16,876 nucleotides of DNA, taken from assembly GCA_965657355.1 (NCBI GenBank), contig CBFHOE010000006.1, positions 19,227-36,102 of the forward strand. Direction: 5' to 3'. A program made the position numbers and the translations under genes. Below the pieces are notes generated by a model that was not told where the DNA came from, ran no database searches, and saw only the letters and a list, made by a program, of their open reading frames with translations. The stretch comes from Limisphaerales bacterium (GTDB lineage: Bacteria > Verrucomicrobiota > Verrucomicrobiia > Limisphaerales > JAJOIW01). This document shows positions 16,093 to 16,876 of the stretch, one piece after another; the first letter of the stretch is position 1, and every line of letters starts with the position of its first letter.

Positions 16093-16100
16093 ATTATTCT

Positions 16101-16876
16101 TTAAGCAAATTGATTAAATATTTGTTCGGATTCAAGATTCTCGTCACTTGTGACGGATTCAGCAGAATTAATAATTGAACCAGATAAATCTGAGCCGTTT
16201 TGTATGTCTTGGTTATTATTTTGTCCTTCGCCCCGGGCTTGTCGCGCGCCCTGTCGGTTTCCCTCTTTTGATGCTTCCATATCTGTTTGGGATTGTGTGG
16301 ACTCAAATTTGTCATCATTCGATGCAATCACACGAATTTGATGGCGAGACAAAACATCATTCATATGAGTTAGGTTTTTAGCGATTTGCGAACCCTCATC
16401 GCCTTCGGCAATTAATCTTGCTTCAACCCACTCACCTTTCTGAACCAGATTAATGACGAGTTCTTTTGAACCAGTGTTAACAGATAACTGGATGGCACCA
16501 TTTCTTAAAGGGCGCAGCTTTGCTACTTCCTTAACTAAATTTTCGCCAAATTGTTCTATTTGCTCGCTGGTCTTTTGGGGGGCTTCAGCCTTAACAGCAG
16601 CTGTTTGGCCTGAAATTGTTATCGCATTCGCATCCCTTGTGGTGGGTGCTGAAACGATCGCACCGTCCTCTTGACCATTGGATTGCATTTTGCCTATACC
16701 ATTTAAATTATTTTGGTCTTTCCATTTATCTTGCGAGAATGTGGGTGTTTCCGACCCAGCGCCATGGTTACCACCGCCTGACAAATGAGACGATTCAGAA
16801 GGATTAGCTCCTCTAGATAGGGGGCGAGTCTCATCTGCTTGATGAGACTTTGCGCCTTCTGAGGTATTTTCTGCCG
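16101..16876 (-). CDS. fliK: Probable hook-length control protein FliK, C-terminal part; 5'-truncated by the window edge
   Basis: The frame has no stop from 16785 to the window end. A low-complexity region precedes a T3S4-like alpha/beta segment (AIQLSVNTGSKELVINLVQKGEWVEARLIAE...IAKNLTHMNDVLSRHQIRV) and a Q/N-rich tail. It lies directly upstream of flgD. The call is based mainly on position. Confidence 0.65.
   Translation of the reverse strand, partial: AENTSEGAKSHQADETRPLSRGANPSESSHLSGGGNHGAGSETPTFSQDKWKDQNNLNGIGKMQSNGQEDGAIVSAPTTRDANAITISGQTAAVKAEAPQKTSEQIEQFGENLVKEVAKLRPLRNGAIQLSVNTGSKELVINLVQKGEWVEARLIAEGDEGSQIAKNLTHMNDVLSRHQIRVIASNDDKFESTQSQTDMEASKEGNRQGARQARGEGQNNNQDIQNGSDLSGSIINSAESVTSDENLESEQIFNQFA

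Noticed and set aside
1..16876. CRISPR arrays, tRNA/rRNA, IS elements, prophage or defence genes
   Set aside because: I saw no regularly spaced repeats, RNA gene signatures or transposase/integrase motifs, and the largest non-coding gap is only 124 nt.

Overview
This is a gene-dense window of roughly 40-45% GC (estimated by eye), most likely from a PVC-superphylum bacterium, with Verrucomicrobiota the best guess. Bases 1-2356 (+) carry the 3' part of a DUF1553-type gene and a Tat-signal DUF1501 gene, a pair typical of Planctomycetes and Verrucomicrobia. Everything from 2371 to the window end is one minus-strand flagellar cluster: fliK-like (5'-truncated), flgD, flgE, fliL, fliM, fliN, fliO, fliP, fliQ, fliR, flhB, flhA, flhF, then an 89-aa two-TM FlgV-like ORF, fliA, motA, motB and a 164-aa Cys/His-motif ORF. 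The core export and switch genes look ordinary. The unusual part is the distal end. FlhF has altered GTPase motifs and no flhG follows it. A near-consensus sigma-54 promoter (5704-5720) sits directly in front of a putative flgV-fliA-motA-motB-orf164 unit. MotB has a degenerate peptidoglycan-binding motif, and orf164 is an unrecognised possible metal-binding protein. The hook protein is also minimal (280 aa). I found no RNA genes, mobile elements or CRISPR arrays. All family calls come from motif recognition, not database searches.
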